A DNA stretch of 64,000 nucleotides from Gekko japonicus (Eukaryota): positions 954,483 through 1,018,482 of the forward strand of contig NW_015160843.1 in NCBI RefSeq assembly GCF_001447785.1. The letters run 5' to 3'. Below are positions 21,748 to 35,375 of the stretch, piece after piece (position 1 is the first letter of the stretch; the number at the start of each line of letters is the position of its first letter). The notes beneath the pieces were generated by a model. The model saw nothing but the letters and a program-made list of their open reading frames with translations. It had not been told where the DNA came from and did not search any database. Made by a program: the position numbers and the translations under genes.

Positions 21748-24700
21748 ATAACAAGAATCAAGATGGCGGCACGGTGAGGGAGCTTGCTCACGCTCCCTTG
21801 CCTGAAAACCTGAAACTCAATATTTTTAAAACAACTGAAGCCCCAGGTGGAGGTAAGATGGAGCCCCAGTTGCTGCAGCCATTGTGGGGGGGGGAGGTAC
21901 GCCACCATCCCATCTGAAGAAGACCTAACCAACTATGGGGCTTGCGCTGGGAAGTGGCATGGGACTACCTCAGAGAATGTTCAGCATCACGGCCGGGCGT
22001 GGGATCTTTGCTGACGCGGGTGAGACTGGAGATGGCTCTGCGGCCACGGTTTCACTGACACAGCGGCCATCTTGGCATTTTGGCTGCGGTGGGGTCCCCC
22101 TTCAAATGGTGGTGGTGGTTCCTGAGGTGGCAGTGTGTTTGACAATGCTACTGGTGAGCTCACGGAGTTTGGTGGGGGAACCTGGGGTGGGTCTTGGCCA
22201 GCGGGCGTTTTTGCCAGCATACCATTGATCTGCCATGAGCCTGGAGCAATGCTGGCTGCTGGATTACTGCAGTCTTAGGGCTCATCAGCAGGCAATGACT
22301 GTCCCAGGATCACTGCAGCTGACCCATGCAGAGGGATTAAGACATTTAGATCTGTCGGAGACCCCTCTGCCTGGTTGGGAGACTGTGGCTCAATTCAAAC
22401 GTGGAGTGGGGCGTGGAACTGAGAGGAGGTTGATGAGTGGAGCACCCCCAGTGGTCGCATATGATACCAAAATTGACACTGACCATCGAGAATGGTGGGC
22501 GACTGTCCCCTCCCTCTAGTGAATGCAGAATTGGAGGTGACCTTGCTTCCCTGTTGGTGATTGGGGGCGTATAAGGTGGAGGACTGCTGACTCAAGGCTG
22601 GAGGAATAGCCCAATTCTATTGGAATCAAGTGGGTTGAGGTGGGAGGGAGTGTTTTGAATTGGGTTTAATTGGTTGCTTCTATGAAATGCCAGGGAACTG
22701 TTGCCCAACTGTTCTAAAGGATTGATAATGTTTTAAATTGCTAGGAATGATATATCTTGTATTAGTATAAATTTGGATTGCTGCTTACAATTGGGGTTTC
22801 TTTATTTGTAGCAATTGTTGGGAGTGTATGCTTTTGTAGGACGGGAGGGTTAATGTAAATTGCCAGCTCCAGAAACAGCAGTTTCCTCCCAGAGTATTCT
22901 GGGCAAGTAGTTCATCACCCGCTAGCAGTCTGTGGCTGATGCGAAGATGGGTGGGACAGTGATGTCTGCACAACAGATTTAGGTGCTCCTGGGGAGGGGG
23001 AAGTATAGCGGTGGGCACAGGCAGAGAACTAAGGGAAGGACACAGAGAAATAGATTGGCTCGGTGCCCTTCCAGCCTGCGACCCATCCCGGAGGTGGCCA
23101 GTGGAGGGGCAAGGATGGTTGACTCCCCTCCATCATTGGTGTTGAGCAATGCCAGGTCCATAAACAATAAGACCGCAGTCCTTCGGGACTTCCTGCTAGA
23201 GCAGAGAGTAGACTTGGTGTGCATGACCAAGACCTGGGTGCGAGATGGGGAGACCGTAGCTCTCTCCCAACTTGCCCCTCCCGGGTTTTTGGTCCTTCAC
23301 CAATCACGGACTAGGGGTCGGGGGGCAGAGTGGCTGTTTTCATTTGGGAGGCTTATTTCTTTAGGGCATTCCCGCCATTAGAGATCATGGGCATTGAGTG
23401 TGTTGGCCTACTGTGGGAAGCCGGGGAGAGTGTGGCGATTTGGCAGGTGTACCGACCACCTAATGCGCTGTCCAATAGCCTACCATCCCTGTTGGAGGCC
23501 GTATCAGGCTGGGCGCTGGAGCACCCTAGGCTTATAGTCTTGGGTGACTTCAACATCCATGCTGATGACATGACCTCCATACAGGTTGCGGACCTGGCAT
23601 CGTCCATGGCGGCACTGGGACTCTCCCAATTTATAATGACCCCCACTCACTGGGCCGGACACACGCTTGATTTGATCTTCGCAGCTGGGGTAACAGTGGA
23701 CCGGATTACTTCCTTGGCAGTACCATGGTCGGACCACCATGTCCTGAAGGTCCGTCTAAATGTTCCACCCCAACCCTGTTTAGGTGGTGAGCGTATTTTA
23801 GCTTGCCTGTGGAGCCTAATGGACCCACTGCGGTTTCAGAGGGCCCTGTGGGATCCGATGCCCCCCCAGTGATGAGCTTGTTGAGGACTGGTGTAGCTGA
23901 TTCTCTATGGCCATCGACGAGATCACTACCTGGCTCCCTCTGTGCTCCCGCTCCAAACTTGCTCCATGGTATACCTAGCAGCTGAGGGGCATGAAGCGGG
24001 AGTTAAGATGGCTAGAGAGACAGTGGCGACGTGCCCACGACGAAGCTACAAGAGCATCTTATAGGACGTTTATGAGATCCTATGAGATGGCAGTCAAGGC
24101 TGCAAAGAGGGTGTTCTTTGCAGCTGAGATTGTGTCCGCCAGCTCACGCCCAGCCCAATTACTTAAAACGATTTGGTCCATTACAGCTCTGCCTCAGGGC
24201 AGCCCAAATGCGAGGGAATTGGAGATTGGCTGTGAGGCTTTTGCGAGCTATTTTGTGGATAAAGTCTTGACGCTTTGCCGTGACCTTCCCGCCACATTTG
24301 AAACAGTGAGTGAACTCGAGGCCCCTTGCATGTCTGCATCAGTTTTGGATCATTTTGACCTGCTCAGCCTTGAGGAAGTTGACAGATTACTCATAACTGT
24401 ATGCCCAACCACATGCATCCTTGATCCATGCCGTTCCTGGCTCATTAAAGTGGGCCATGAAGGGTTTCGAGGAGTTCTTAGGGAGATTATTAACAAGTCC
24501 CTCGCTGAGGGACAGTTCCTGGGGGCTCTCAAGGAGGCGATGGTCCGTCCTCTCCTGAAAAAAACATCTTTGGATCCGGCTGAATTGGCCAACTATTGGC
24601 CCGTCTCCAATTTGACCTATTTGGGCAAATTGATTGAGAGGGCGATGGTGGTACAGCTTCAGGGTTTTCTGGATGATGCTTCCATTTTAGATCCCTTCCA

Positions 24701-25446
24701 GTCTGGCTTTCACCCAGGTCATGGGACAGAGACAGCTCTGGTCGCTCTTACTGACAAACTCCGTAGGCACCTTGATCGGGGTGGTTCAGCAGCATTGTTG
24801 TTGCTAGACCTGTTGGCTGCGTTCAACATGGTCAACCAGCAGCTGCTCGCCCACTGCCTCGCTGACGTTGGGATACAGGGGCTCGCTTTACAGTGGCTTG
24901 GCTCCTATCTCCAGGGTTGGGGACAAAGGGTGGTGCTTGGGGAACAGCACTTCGGGAGATGCCCACTTGAGTGTAGGGTACCCCAGGGTGCAGTGCTGTC
25001 CCTGATGTTGTTTAACATATTTATGCACCCCCTTGCCCAGGTGGCTCGGAGGTATGGGTTGGGTTGCCATCAGTAAACTGATGACACCCAGCTCTATCTG
25101 ATGTTGGGTGGCCAGTCGGACTCCGGACTGGAAGACCTGGACCAGGCGTTACTGGCTGTGGCTGGTGGGCTTTGGTTGAGCCGGTTGAAACTGAACCCGG
25201 TGAAGATGGAGGTCCTGTGCCTGAGTCATGATGGCTCAGCGTTGGGGGTCCCACTCCCAGCCTTCGATGGGGCACCTCTCATGCCAGCATTGGAGGTTAG
25301 GAGTTTGGGGGTGCTCCTGGATGCCTCCTTGACAATGGAGGCCCAGGTAGCGGCCACTGCTAAATCGGCCTTTTATCATCTTCGGCTGGTTCTGCAGTTG
25401 GTTCCCTTCCTGGACCACTGCGACCTGGCGACAGTGATCCATGCGA
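21748..25446 (+). mobile_element. L2 LINE 5' segment: 5' UTR plus disrupted APE-endonuclease/RT ORF2
   Basis: APE motifs NARSINNK, LGDFNIH, HTLDLIF, WSDHH. RT motifs QSGFHPGHGTETAL, LDLLAAF, PQGAVLS. The catalytic YADD has decayed to *TDDTQLY. Several frameshifts. Confidence 0.92.
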
Positions 25447-26310
25447 TCCATTACATCCCTCATACAGTCATTTTATAAACATTTATCTAAAGCAACACAC
25501 AAAAGAACTGCAAACATTAACTGGCACAGAGCCCAATCCTATGCAGGTCTGCTTTGAAGTCCCATCAAGTTTAATGAGAATTAGTACCAAATAATAATAC
25601 AATCCTAAAAAGGGTTGTACCTTTCTAAGTTTATTGACTTCAATTAGTTTGTATGTAAAACTAGTAGATTTAGTGTTTTAGGATGAAACCAAGATTGCTT
25701 TCAGTGGGTAACTGCAGCTGATAGTGCTTGGCTGACATTCAAACAGGGCTTTGGAATCTGGATCTTCCACAGTACTGATGGGAACTGAACTCTTTAGCTC
25801 TGTTGTATTGCTGTAATGGAAAATATTCTATATTCCAAATTGATGAAAAAAATGCTTTGCTTTCTAACAATGAGGTAGCAATTGCTTAGTAAATTATAAG
25901 CTATCTCACACATAAGGGAAACTATCTTTGCAAAGGCAAAGGTTATTATGGTTTGCGGTTGTGGTAATATACAAGTTTATTTACTTTTTTAAAATATAAT
26001 TTTTATTGCATTTTACACTACAACCTACAAGGTAAAGGGAAAGGGATACATCCTAAAATCTAGAGTAGCAAGGATCATTGTTATGTTATACTTCAAATTA
26101 CTGATGTTTCCCTGTTATCAAAATAGTAAAAGATGAGAACTAGCTATATATAAATAAAATAAACTGTTATCGAAATAGTAAAAGATGAGAACTAGCTATA
26201 TATAAGTAAAATAAACAATCACAGTTATACTTAGCTATAGTGGGTGTATCTTAGTATTAAAGTTGTTAATTAAAAATAAAAAAACAAAACATTAGACTTT
26301 CAGGGTTAGA

Positions 26311-27603
26311 TTACTTTGCAGCTTTCTTTCCTCTAAGCTTCTTTTTATCAAAGCCTAATTTGACTTTTCGAGGTCTAAGAGCAGCATCTCCTAATTCTGC
26401 TTCAGAGTCAAATGATTCTTCAGAGGAACTGCTCGAGGTGCTATCAGAGCTTCCCATGCCTTTATCATCATAAGGGGAAGGGCGGGGTATAAATTTAATA
26501 ATAAATAAAATTAATAATAAAATAAATCATTGTCTTCTGCAACCTTACTGTCCTCATCTTTCTCAGATCCATTCATAGCTTTCTTTTGCTGCTCCAAAAA
26601 AAATTCTGCTTTAGTAACAGAGTCAATCTTTTCTTTTTTCCTGTTGAAGTTGAAGATAAGACATTCAGGCATTATCCATCTGTGGGGAGTGGTATTTTTC
26701 TGTAGAAATAGTATTAGATCTCTGTATTGTTTCCTCCTCTTTCTAATCTCAAATGGAACATTCTTCAAAACTTTAGTTTCTTCTCCTTTGATTTTTAGGG
26801 TTATTCCACATGTCACTTTCAATACTATGTCCCTGTTGACCTTTTAGAGAATTACATGAAAACTTCACCAGGAAGCTTGTTTTTTTAATAAATTCTGGAT
26901 AGGTGCGGTAGACCAAATCCATATCGCTTTGCAAAGTTTCCGCTGTACAGCCCACCACGGGAGCTATTCCTTTGCTTAAGATCTCTTTCAAGTTTTCTCC
27001 TTTCTTTTCCTGAATACCTTGGAATCTTAGGACATAAGAACATAAGAGATGCCAATGTTGGATCAGGCCAAAGGCCCATCCAGTCCAACACTCTGTGTCA
27101 CACAGTGGCCAGAAATACCAGTGCCATCAGGAGGTCCAGCAGTGGGGCCAGGACATTAGAAGCCCTCCCACTGTTGACCCCCCCCAAGCACCAAGAAGAC
27201 AGAGCATCACTTGCCCCAGAGCCCCTAGCTATACCTTGTGGCTAATAGCCACTGATGGACCTCTGCTCCATATGCTTATCTATGCTGATTTTTCCATATG
27301 AAGAAGAAGCAATTGTTGTTTCTCGGAGATTTTTTCTTTTTCCACTGCCTCCAGTCTTTGTTCTAACAAATTTGACTTAGCAACAACTTTTTTGAGCTTC
27401 TTAGCTGTTTTCTCTGTTCTTGCTGAGGTTTCTTTCAGTTCCTTTTGCAGCATATCAAAGTTATTATTAAGATTGGTCATTTGGTCCAGTAGAGGGTGCA
27501 GTGCTGTAGCAATCATTTTAGGAAAGTCTGTGGTTGCTTCTGGTTTAGTAACTGGAGTCAATGAGCTGGCAGTTCCTGAAGAGAATTTCCCCTTAGCTAC
27601 CAT
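26311..27603 (-). pseudogene. L1-type ORF1p (coiled coil + RRM/CTD, transposase-22-like), disrupted
   Basis: Heptad-rich N-terminus, LRFQGI.E motif, then LKIKGEETKVLKNVPFEIRKRRKQY..RWIMP. Interrupted by CR1 and L2-tail insertions. Confidence 0.8.
27034..27280 (-). mobile_element. CR1 3' fragment inserted in ORF1
   Basis: cataagaacataaga...ggatcaggccaaaggcccatccagtcc is the reverse complement of a CR1 terminal hairpin plus (TTCTTATG)n tail. Confidence 0.8.
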
Positions 27604-28313
27604 TTTTTCTGCCCGATGTGTCATTGTTTACATTAAAGGAAAAGTTTTTTTTATAAAGTCTCTGAAAGTCCGATGGCTTGCAATCCTCTTACTAGTCCTC
27701 ACCACACTCAGCCAAGTTATCAATCTCCCTTTCAAGCCACTCTCCTGCCCCTCGCTTTTCTCTTACGAATCAATCTTTCCTGGATCAGGTGAGTTCCCCT
27801 CCCCCTTCCGCTTTGTTCAGGGCTTTGGTGCAGCTTTATTAGTTTGCGAGTGGGCGGTTGTTTGGAAAAGCAAACATCAACTCATGTTTTATTTCATGCT
27901 TCAGTTCAGAGTGTAGGGGGAATCATTTTTCCACCAGATCACTTGTGCACTGTTCCCGGTGTGCACTTCTGTGTACCATGGCTGATCTCATGCCGTGGGG
28001 ACCTTTCAGGGCAAAAAGAAGCATTGATCCTTCGACTCATACCTCGGGAGAGGCACCTCTTGTGCCCCAAGCTATGAGCCCCCTACAAGGGCTCGAGTGG
28101 GTCCAAGATCAACTCGGACCCCTCCCCGTCGGCACGATTTGTGGGGTGCTCACATCAGAGCTGTGATGGAGCACACCCGCCAGCAAGTCGCCAGAACCTG
28201 GAAGTCACAAGTTTATTTACTTTTGATCAATCAATATCTAGACCTTTATTTGGTGGGCAGTTGTACATATGCTTAACTTTCTCCTGTGGGTTGATGCTCA
28301 TCTAGATCACACA

Positions 28314-28504
28314 GGGTTGGATCCAGCCAACTTTTTCATGCAGTCTCATCTAGTTCCCCTCCTTATTCTGGCCCCTGTCACACATGGCTTATTTTCCCTT
28401 TTTGTTCAGGAAGGTCCCATGAGCCCCATCAAAACTTCTTTGTTAGACAAAGGGAACCCATTTATCTCTTTTTCACCATTGTAAAAGCTGGTTGAATTAG
28501 ACTC
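28314..28504. mobile_element. Harbinger-like MITE (GGGTTGGATCCA family)
   Basis: gggttggatccagcc ... gctggttgaattagactc with 3-bp TSD aca/aca. Confidence 0.5.
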
Positions 28505-29551
28505 ACATTGTCTTTCTGCAGAAATAGCCCTTAGCAATCATCCAGAAGATATAGTGCAGAAAGTTCTGATTTTTCATACTGTAACTGTGACTTGCATGGC
28601 TGTGTACCTTCATCTTAAATTCACATCAGATCTGAATTTTTTTATTCATTATGCTGTATCCAGCATGTTATAAAAATCAGCATGTTCTGCCTCTGAACAG
28701 GGCATAATTTTGGTTGAAACATGGCACAGATTTCTGAATCCTTAACTGATGAATCACCTTCAATTGTAACAAAGTCAGTTGTTTTCAGCTTCATTTTCAT
28801 TAATGGAAAGGAGGTATTGATAGGGGGCGGCTGGTGGAGAACACACCTTGCCAGAAGGAGCCCGCACAGCTGTGATAAGCTAGTCATGCACTCCCCACAT
28901 CAATGTCCTCTGGAAAGGAGCAGAGCTATTCTGCTACAGTCTGTGCTACCTGCTCCAATGATGCTAAAATATCTGGGGAAAGAGATTAACAAACTCTGTG
29001 CTAGTCTGCTAATTTTCTGTTGGCATCAGTTCCTGTAAGGCCTCTAAACCAGTGTGCTGGACTGTCAAAAATTATAGAAATATAAAAATCTAGGTTGCAC
29101 ATACCAGAGGTATGTGTATGTATTAAAATCACATGGAAAATTGTGTGACTGTACCAGGTTCATTGTAAAGATAAATGTGCAGTTCCATATCAACACATTA
29201 AAACCAATCAGTAAATGGGAGAACTAGGTATTCTCCTTCCTGCAAAAGCAGGTTAGTTTCTTTAGCCAAGCAGCAGCAGAAATAGGTGAGAAAGCATCTG
29301 GTCCTCCATGCAAGTTCTGTGCTCAGTGATCCAAGCTACACTGAATGTTTCTGTATTACATTATATTGTTTAGAAACAGCAAGCGAGTCATGTGGAAAAC
29401 TGTACACACCAGAAGGTGGACCTGCCACCAGTCAAAACAAAAGAGGTGCATAATTTAATTGGCAAGCAAAAGAGGGTCGGAAGAGAGAAGCAAATAAAAG
29501 TGGATGAGAGTCAGGGGTAATAAAATATTCCAAACAAGATTAAGAAATTGT

Positions 29552-31384
29552 GAGGCTTCTGGTTTTGGCATTCATTATGGCAGTCGCTTCTCCCGATCCT
29601 CTGGGAGAAGACCGCCAGAACCCGTGCTGAAGAGGGGGCGTGATTGTCTGTGCCACCCCTGGAGCCTCTGCAAGAGGCTCCCAGCCATGGGGCACTAGGA
29701 GGCTCTTCCTCTGCTGAGCCTGCCAGCAAAGAGGGGCCTCCCCATATCCTGAAGGTTCCACCGTGGAGCGTCCCATATGGGAATTAGAAGCGCACACCGG
29801 AGCAAGTGTTTGGTGGCTGAGCAACTGGAAAAGAAAACCGGATTTATCGTTGAAATGTGAGCTGAAGTTTAAGCAAGAACCACCAAAAATTTAAGCGGAC
29901 ACCTACCCTTATAAAGTGAGGGGGGGACTCTCCCCCGATAAGAAAAATGAAGTAAACATTGCGATCATACAAAAGGGGGTGGAATACTGAAGCAAGATAG
30001 ACTGAAATTAAAAGCATTTAAGAACTTACCAAGCTGTTTAAGGAGTATCAGAGACTGTGATAACTTTTATAAAAAGTAAACAATCTCAAACATGGCGCCC
30101 ACAAGGAAGGATGAGAAAGACACACAAGAAAAACCAAAGCTTCTTGCTGGAACTGCTGGTCCAGCGAGTCCTGTTCGTAGACAGGACACAACAATAGAGC
30201 TACAAAAGATGCTGACAGAAGCACTGTGACTCCTGCTGGAACAAGCGATGGCACTGCATAGCAAATTCGACGCACAGCAACTGCAACTGACTGAAATAGC
30301 AAAAAACTCCAGATAAAACTGAAGAAAAAAAGTGGATACCAACACCAAAAAGCTTAAAAAATAACTCCAGGTGATGGAAAAAAGAGATTGATGGAGGAGT
30401 CTCAACTGTTACAGCTACAAATGGAGAGAGCAAGCTATGTCTTAAGATTTCAAGGTGTTCCTGAAGAAAAATCTGAGAATCTGAAACAGACTGTGTGATA
30501 CATTAGGACTATGGCAGATATAAAAACGGACATACTACAAAGCGAAATAGATATAATCTATAGATCATATCCAGAATTTACAAGAAAAAATAATCTGCCT
30601 GGGAAAGTGATTATAAGATTCTCAAAAAGACAAGTGAGAGATCAAATACTTAAAGTGTCAAATGGATCTACCTTGAAGATCAAAGACAAAGAAATAAAAG
30701 TGTTAAAGGACATCCTGTTTGAAATAAGAAGGAAGAGGAGGAAATATAGAGACTTGATGACATTTTTACAAAAGAAAAGCATCCCTTATAGATGGTTAGT
30801 CCCCAAACGTACAATCTTCAAATTCATGGACAAGAAAGAAAAAATTGACTCTGTTGAAAAGGCACATGAATTTTTGCATCTACATAGTCGTCCATCAGGA
30901 GAGGTAGAAGCGGAGAAAGAGGTCAGCACTAAAGACAGCAAAGAAGAAGGAGCAGAGGCACCTTCAGATGAGGACTCAGAGTCTAAATTAGGGGCAGCTG
31001 CCCCAAAGACAAGTTACCATTTGAGAAAGCAAATATTTTAAAAATGTGATGTTATTACACTCTGAAAGCTCTTATAATGTATTATTATAAATAAGTCTTA
31101 TATTGCTTTTTAAAAAGTCAGAAGTAGAGGTGTTTAAAGTTATATTATCAGCATAAATGGATTTTTAGAGGACCACATTCAATGAACTTGAAGGGAATTA
31201 TGAGCTAAAAGCTAAATTTGTTAAGCAATATGTATGACCACCATCTCTTGGGGTTTTAGTGGGTTTTTCTTTACTTTCTCCCATAGTATGTAGTTCCCTT
31301 CCCTAATTTCATTGTAGTTTTAATAGTTTGTAGTTTATAAAAAATGCAAATAAAAAAATCCCCTATGGGGGCACAAAAAAAAGA
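29552..31384 (+). mobile_element. Full-length ORF1-only L1-dependent retroposon (HAL1-like), copy 2
   Basis: TSD core aagaaattg (29542-29550, 31385-31393). Disrupted ORF1 at 30092-31041 (MAPTRKDEK...LRFQGVPE...VIIRFSKRQVRDQILK...YRWLVP). aataaa and an A-rich end. Confidence 0.8.
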
Positions 31385-34300
31385 AAGAAATTGCAAGCAG
31401 GGGAAAGGATGGATTTTGCTTTTCATTTGGCCATGCTGTAACCATGACTGTAAAAATGCAGGCATCCCCAGTAGCATTTTGTTTTTTTGGACCAGGCAGC
31501 TTGCCATCCTGCTGTGAAAATGAATATGCTTTTTGTGTGTGATTAAAGTCAATTGCTCCCACTCCCCTTGTTTGTAAAAGCTTAGGAGGCCTTTCTAAAG
31601 GAACACCTGTTAGAAGGATCTGTTTCATAGCTCAGTTCTGGAATCCATAAAGTTCCTCTGTGTTTAACTGGTTCCCAAGGGGAATGAGGGTAAGCATTCC
31701 TCCTGAAATAATCACCTCTGTTATTGGAAAGATGGCCAAATTCTAGGACCGTCATATTTGAACAGACTGTGATATGAAGGAAAGAGTTGGGAAAAATAAG
31801 GATGGAAGGGAATTGCCAGATTTATTTGCTCTTGTGGAACATACATTGTTACCCTGCTTCCATGTTTGCCTTTGAAGACATAGCAACTAAACCTTTCTTG
31901 ATGAAAACAAAAGCTGGTTTCCTGTGACATCTATCATCAATATTACCATTTTAGCTTACAAGGAACTCCAGAATTACATGACTTGCAGGAGAGCAAATGA
32001 AGATTGTTATTAAGGTCTAAAAATGTATAAATAGTGAGTATTTTGCAAGGAGTTCATGAACCAAAGTTTTCTGTTTACTCAAAGAGTCTGTTTGATCATT
32101 TCCAAGGCCATTTACACTTACTGAAAAGCAATATTTTTGTTCAGTTCTTTCAAGTTCCTGCCCAGAATTGTTTTCATTTTATAAGTAAAATAAAGGATTC
32201 AGTATTCATGAGATGAGAAAGGGGTACATGATGAATGGATGAATGGAGGAGACAAAGGATTGAGGGAAAGATGAGTGGGGGAGGGACAGAATTGTGATGA
32301 AGAAGCCAGGAGAGAACCTCTTCCATGGCCTGCCAACTGGATTCTAGGGAGTGTTGAACCTGTAGGAAAGTTGAGGATGAAAAAGGACCGGACAGAGAAG
32401 GCAGTATGCTAAGAAGAAAGGCCCAGGTAGCACAGTGGAAGCCCTAGTCGGTCACCAGACAAGTCATTGCTAGGTACCACTCTATAGCCTATTATTTAAA
32501 TAAAGAGTGAGCAAACCATTCAGTCATTTATAATTTTTTTAAGTTGCCATTTGGTGTTCATGCACATTTTCTTACAGTCTTATGGTAGCCATAGCCCCAC
32601 CCATCATTAATTACTTAACCTAATCTCCATGATTATGGGGAAGAATCAATTCCATCTGTTGTGCATAGTGTAGATGCAAGGGAAGAGGAAATTAACTCCA
32701 CCAATGCAGTTACTGCGCAGTGGCAAAGCTCATTCAGTACACTGTCTCAAGTCAAATGACAGTGAGGCAAAGAAATATGGCTCATGAGGGTTCATGTGTT
32801 GGAGTTCACTGCAAAGTTCAAAGCACTCCTGCTTGGAGGTATATTCATAGAGCAAATATTGTGAGGTAATATAAATTGTACAGAACAGATAAAAAAGCAG
32901 ATACAATCTCATGATTGGCACCTTAGACTGTAACTTTCTTGTTTAAATGGCACTGTGGCTCTGACATCAAAGTTCATTATGAGACCCTCCACTGAAAACA
33001 GTGAAGAATAATTTGTGAGTTATGAAATATTGTGCAATGCTAGATATTACATTGTTTAATATATGTGTTACTAATTATCTCTTGAATTAGTGATAGAACT
33101 GCTAATCAAAGTTGAATCTACTGGTAATTACAAATCAGAACATAACAATTTATACTTGGAACAGAAAGCACACCAGCATCCTAAATTAATGAGAATGTAC
33201 ATTCAAGTGATATAAAAACCCTATAGTCTAGAAGGATAAAAAATTAAAGCATTTTCCAATTGCTTAATCACATATTTAATAATAGGAGCTCATATATGCT
33301 TTTATAAATTCATTACAAATCCGATCTGGAGGCATGCAAGGAAGATGCTGAAGTAACGGAGATGAAGGAAATCTGTTATTAAGAATGTAGCTTATATAAA
33401 AGATCCACCAGCCATTGCCTCAAAGATGAGAGGGCATATTCAGGCTTTTGCTCATTGTATACGATTTCTTATTAGAAATGCAAATTGTCCTGAAATCTCC
33501 AACTGTCGAAATGAAGGAACACACGTTTAATTTAAATCAGCACTGAGGAAAACTCAAAGCAGACTTCATTTGCTCTCTTTGTGCCCTTAAAAGGCTTACC
33601 AACAAATGCATTTCCAGTGAAAGAAGGTAAATTTGTGACAGCTCTGCAAAGACTTTTGAGAAGTTACTGATAGGGATTATTCACGTAAAACAGGTGAAAA
33701 CCTGCTGGGATTTCTGAGACAAGTTTTGCTGGAAGTACATTCACATGTACACACTTATTTGCCCACACCCTGGAAAGAAGAAATCAAACAGCAGCATATG
33801 GGTTAAACTAGGTTTCATTACTGGACAATCTGCCTAATTATAAATCACTTCCCTTCCCCTTTAGTGTAGATGTATGAGCAATCCCAATCCGGCTCTAAAC
33901 TCAGCCAGTATCTCCATCATGCCTTGTTTATCTTTGCCTCTATAGAAACCAAGCCTCACCCCCTCTTGCCTCATATTGCAAGCAGGGGTGTCAAACATGA
34001 AGCCTGTGGGCCAGATCTGGCCCCTGCAGGACTCAAATCTAGTTCGCAAGCAACTGGCTCTCTGTTGCTTCCTTCTCTAGGGCTGCTGCCGCCACCGCAT
34101 CACAGCTTGCTTTTGCCCAGCTCCCTCTTCCTGCTTCCTGCGGGAGAGAAGCAAGCCAAACCTCCCTTCTCTCCATTGGCTGAGCTCTCCTCCTTTTATT
34201 CATTATTTATTTATTTATTTAATTGGATTTTTACCCCGCCCTCCCACCGAAGCGGCTCAGGGCGGCTTCCTTCTCTAGGGCTGCCGCCGCCACCGCATCA

Positions 34301-34399
34301 CAGCTTGCTTTTGCCCAGCTCCCTCTTCCTGCTTCCTGCTTCCTGCGGGAGAGAAGCAAGCCAAACCTCCCTTCCCTCCATTGGCTGAGCTCTCCTCCT

Positions 34400-35375
34400 T
34401 TTATTTATTTATTTATTTATTTAATTGGATTTTTACCCCGCCCTCCCACCGAAGTGGCTCAGGGCGGCTTACAACAATTTAAAGCAAGCAAATACAAAAT
34501 ATAAAATGCAATGAATACAGCAAAACTAAGTAAATACGGCAGCATCCTGTGGTAAAATGCTAGTGTGACCCAGCTGGTGCAGTCAGTTCTTATTTGAACG
34601 CTTGGTGAAACAGCTCAGTTTTCACCACTCTACGGAACTGCTGGAGGTCCCGTAGAGCTCTAATTTCATTAGGGAGCTCATTCCACAGCGTTGGCGCCAC
34701 CAGGGAGAACGCCTTGGTCCTAGTTACCTGGCCTCCCTAGGCCCGTGGGGGTGGGGCAGGTGTTGTTGTGATCCAGACCGCAGTGCTCCTGGGGGAATGT
34801 ATGGGGAGAGGCGGTCCTTCAGGTAGGCAGGCCCCTGACTATTTAGGGCTTTAAAGGTCAAAACCAGCACCTTGAAGTGAATCTGGAACGCTATTGGAAG
34901 CCAGTGAAATGACTTCAGCACAGGCTGGATGTGCTCCCACCTGGGGAGACCCATCAACAACCTGGCTGCCGCATTTTGCACCAGCTGCAGCTTCCGAAGT
35001 TGCCCCAAGGGCAGCCCCATGTAGAGAGCATTACAGTAGTCTAGCCTCGAGGTGACCATAGTGTGGATCACTGAAGCCAGATCATTGCATTCGAGGAAGG
35101 GGATCAACTGCCTAATCAGCCAAAGATGGTAAAAGGCTGCCTAGGCAGTGGCTGCTACCTGGGCCTCCATTGTCAATGAAGCATCCAGGAGCACACCCAA
35201 ACTCCTGACCCTCGGCGCTGGCACCAATGGTGCCCCACCAAAGGCCGGAAGAGGGGCCCCTACCCCCGAGCCACTCTGATTCAGGCAAAGGACCTCTGTC
35301 TTGGTTGGATTCAGTTTCAGATGACTCAACTTAAGCCATCCCACCAAGTCCTGCAATGCCTGGTCCAGATCTTCC
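34400..35375 (-). mobile_element. 5'-truncated L2 LINE
   Basis: LKLNPTKTEVL...VRSLGVLLD...SRLDYCNALY...LQLVQNAAARLL, with the tail at ~34400-34470. Confidence 0.9.

Larger units (their letters stand above)
25989..28206 (-). mobile_element. Full-length ORF1-only L1-dependent retroposon (HAL1-like), copy 1
   Basis: 18-bp TSD acaagtttatttactttt (25971-25988, 28207-28224). CpG-containing 5' UTR starting gacttcc. Disrupted ORF1 at ~27603-26311. ~320-bp AT-rich 3' UTR ending aataaa...aaaa. Confidence 0.85.

Noticed and set aside
26113-26215. ~51-bp tandem duplication in the 3' UTR of ORF1-only copy 1 (similar ~44-bp duplication at ~44757-44855)
   Set aside because: Real, but an ordinary slippage-type duplication with no sign of function.
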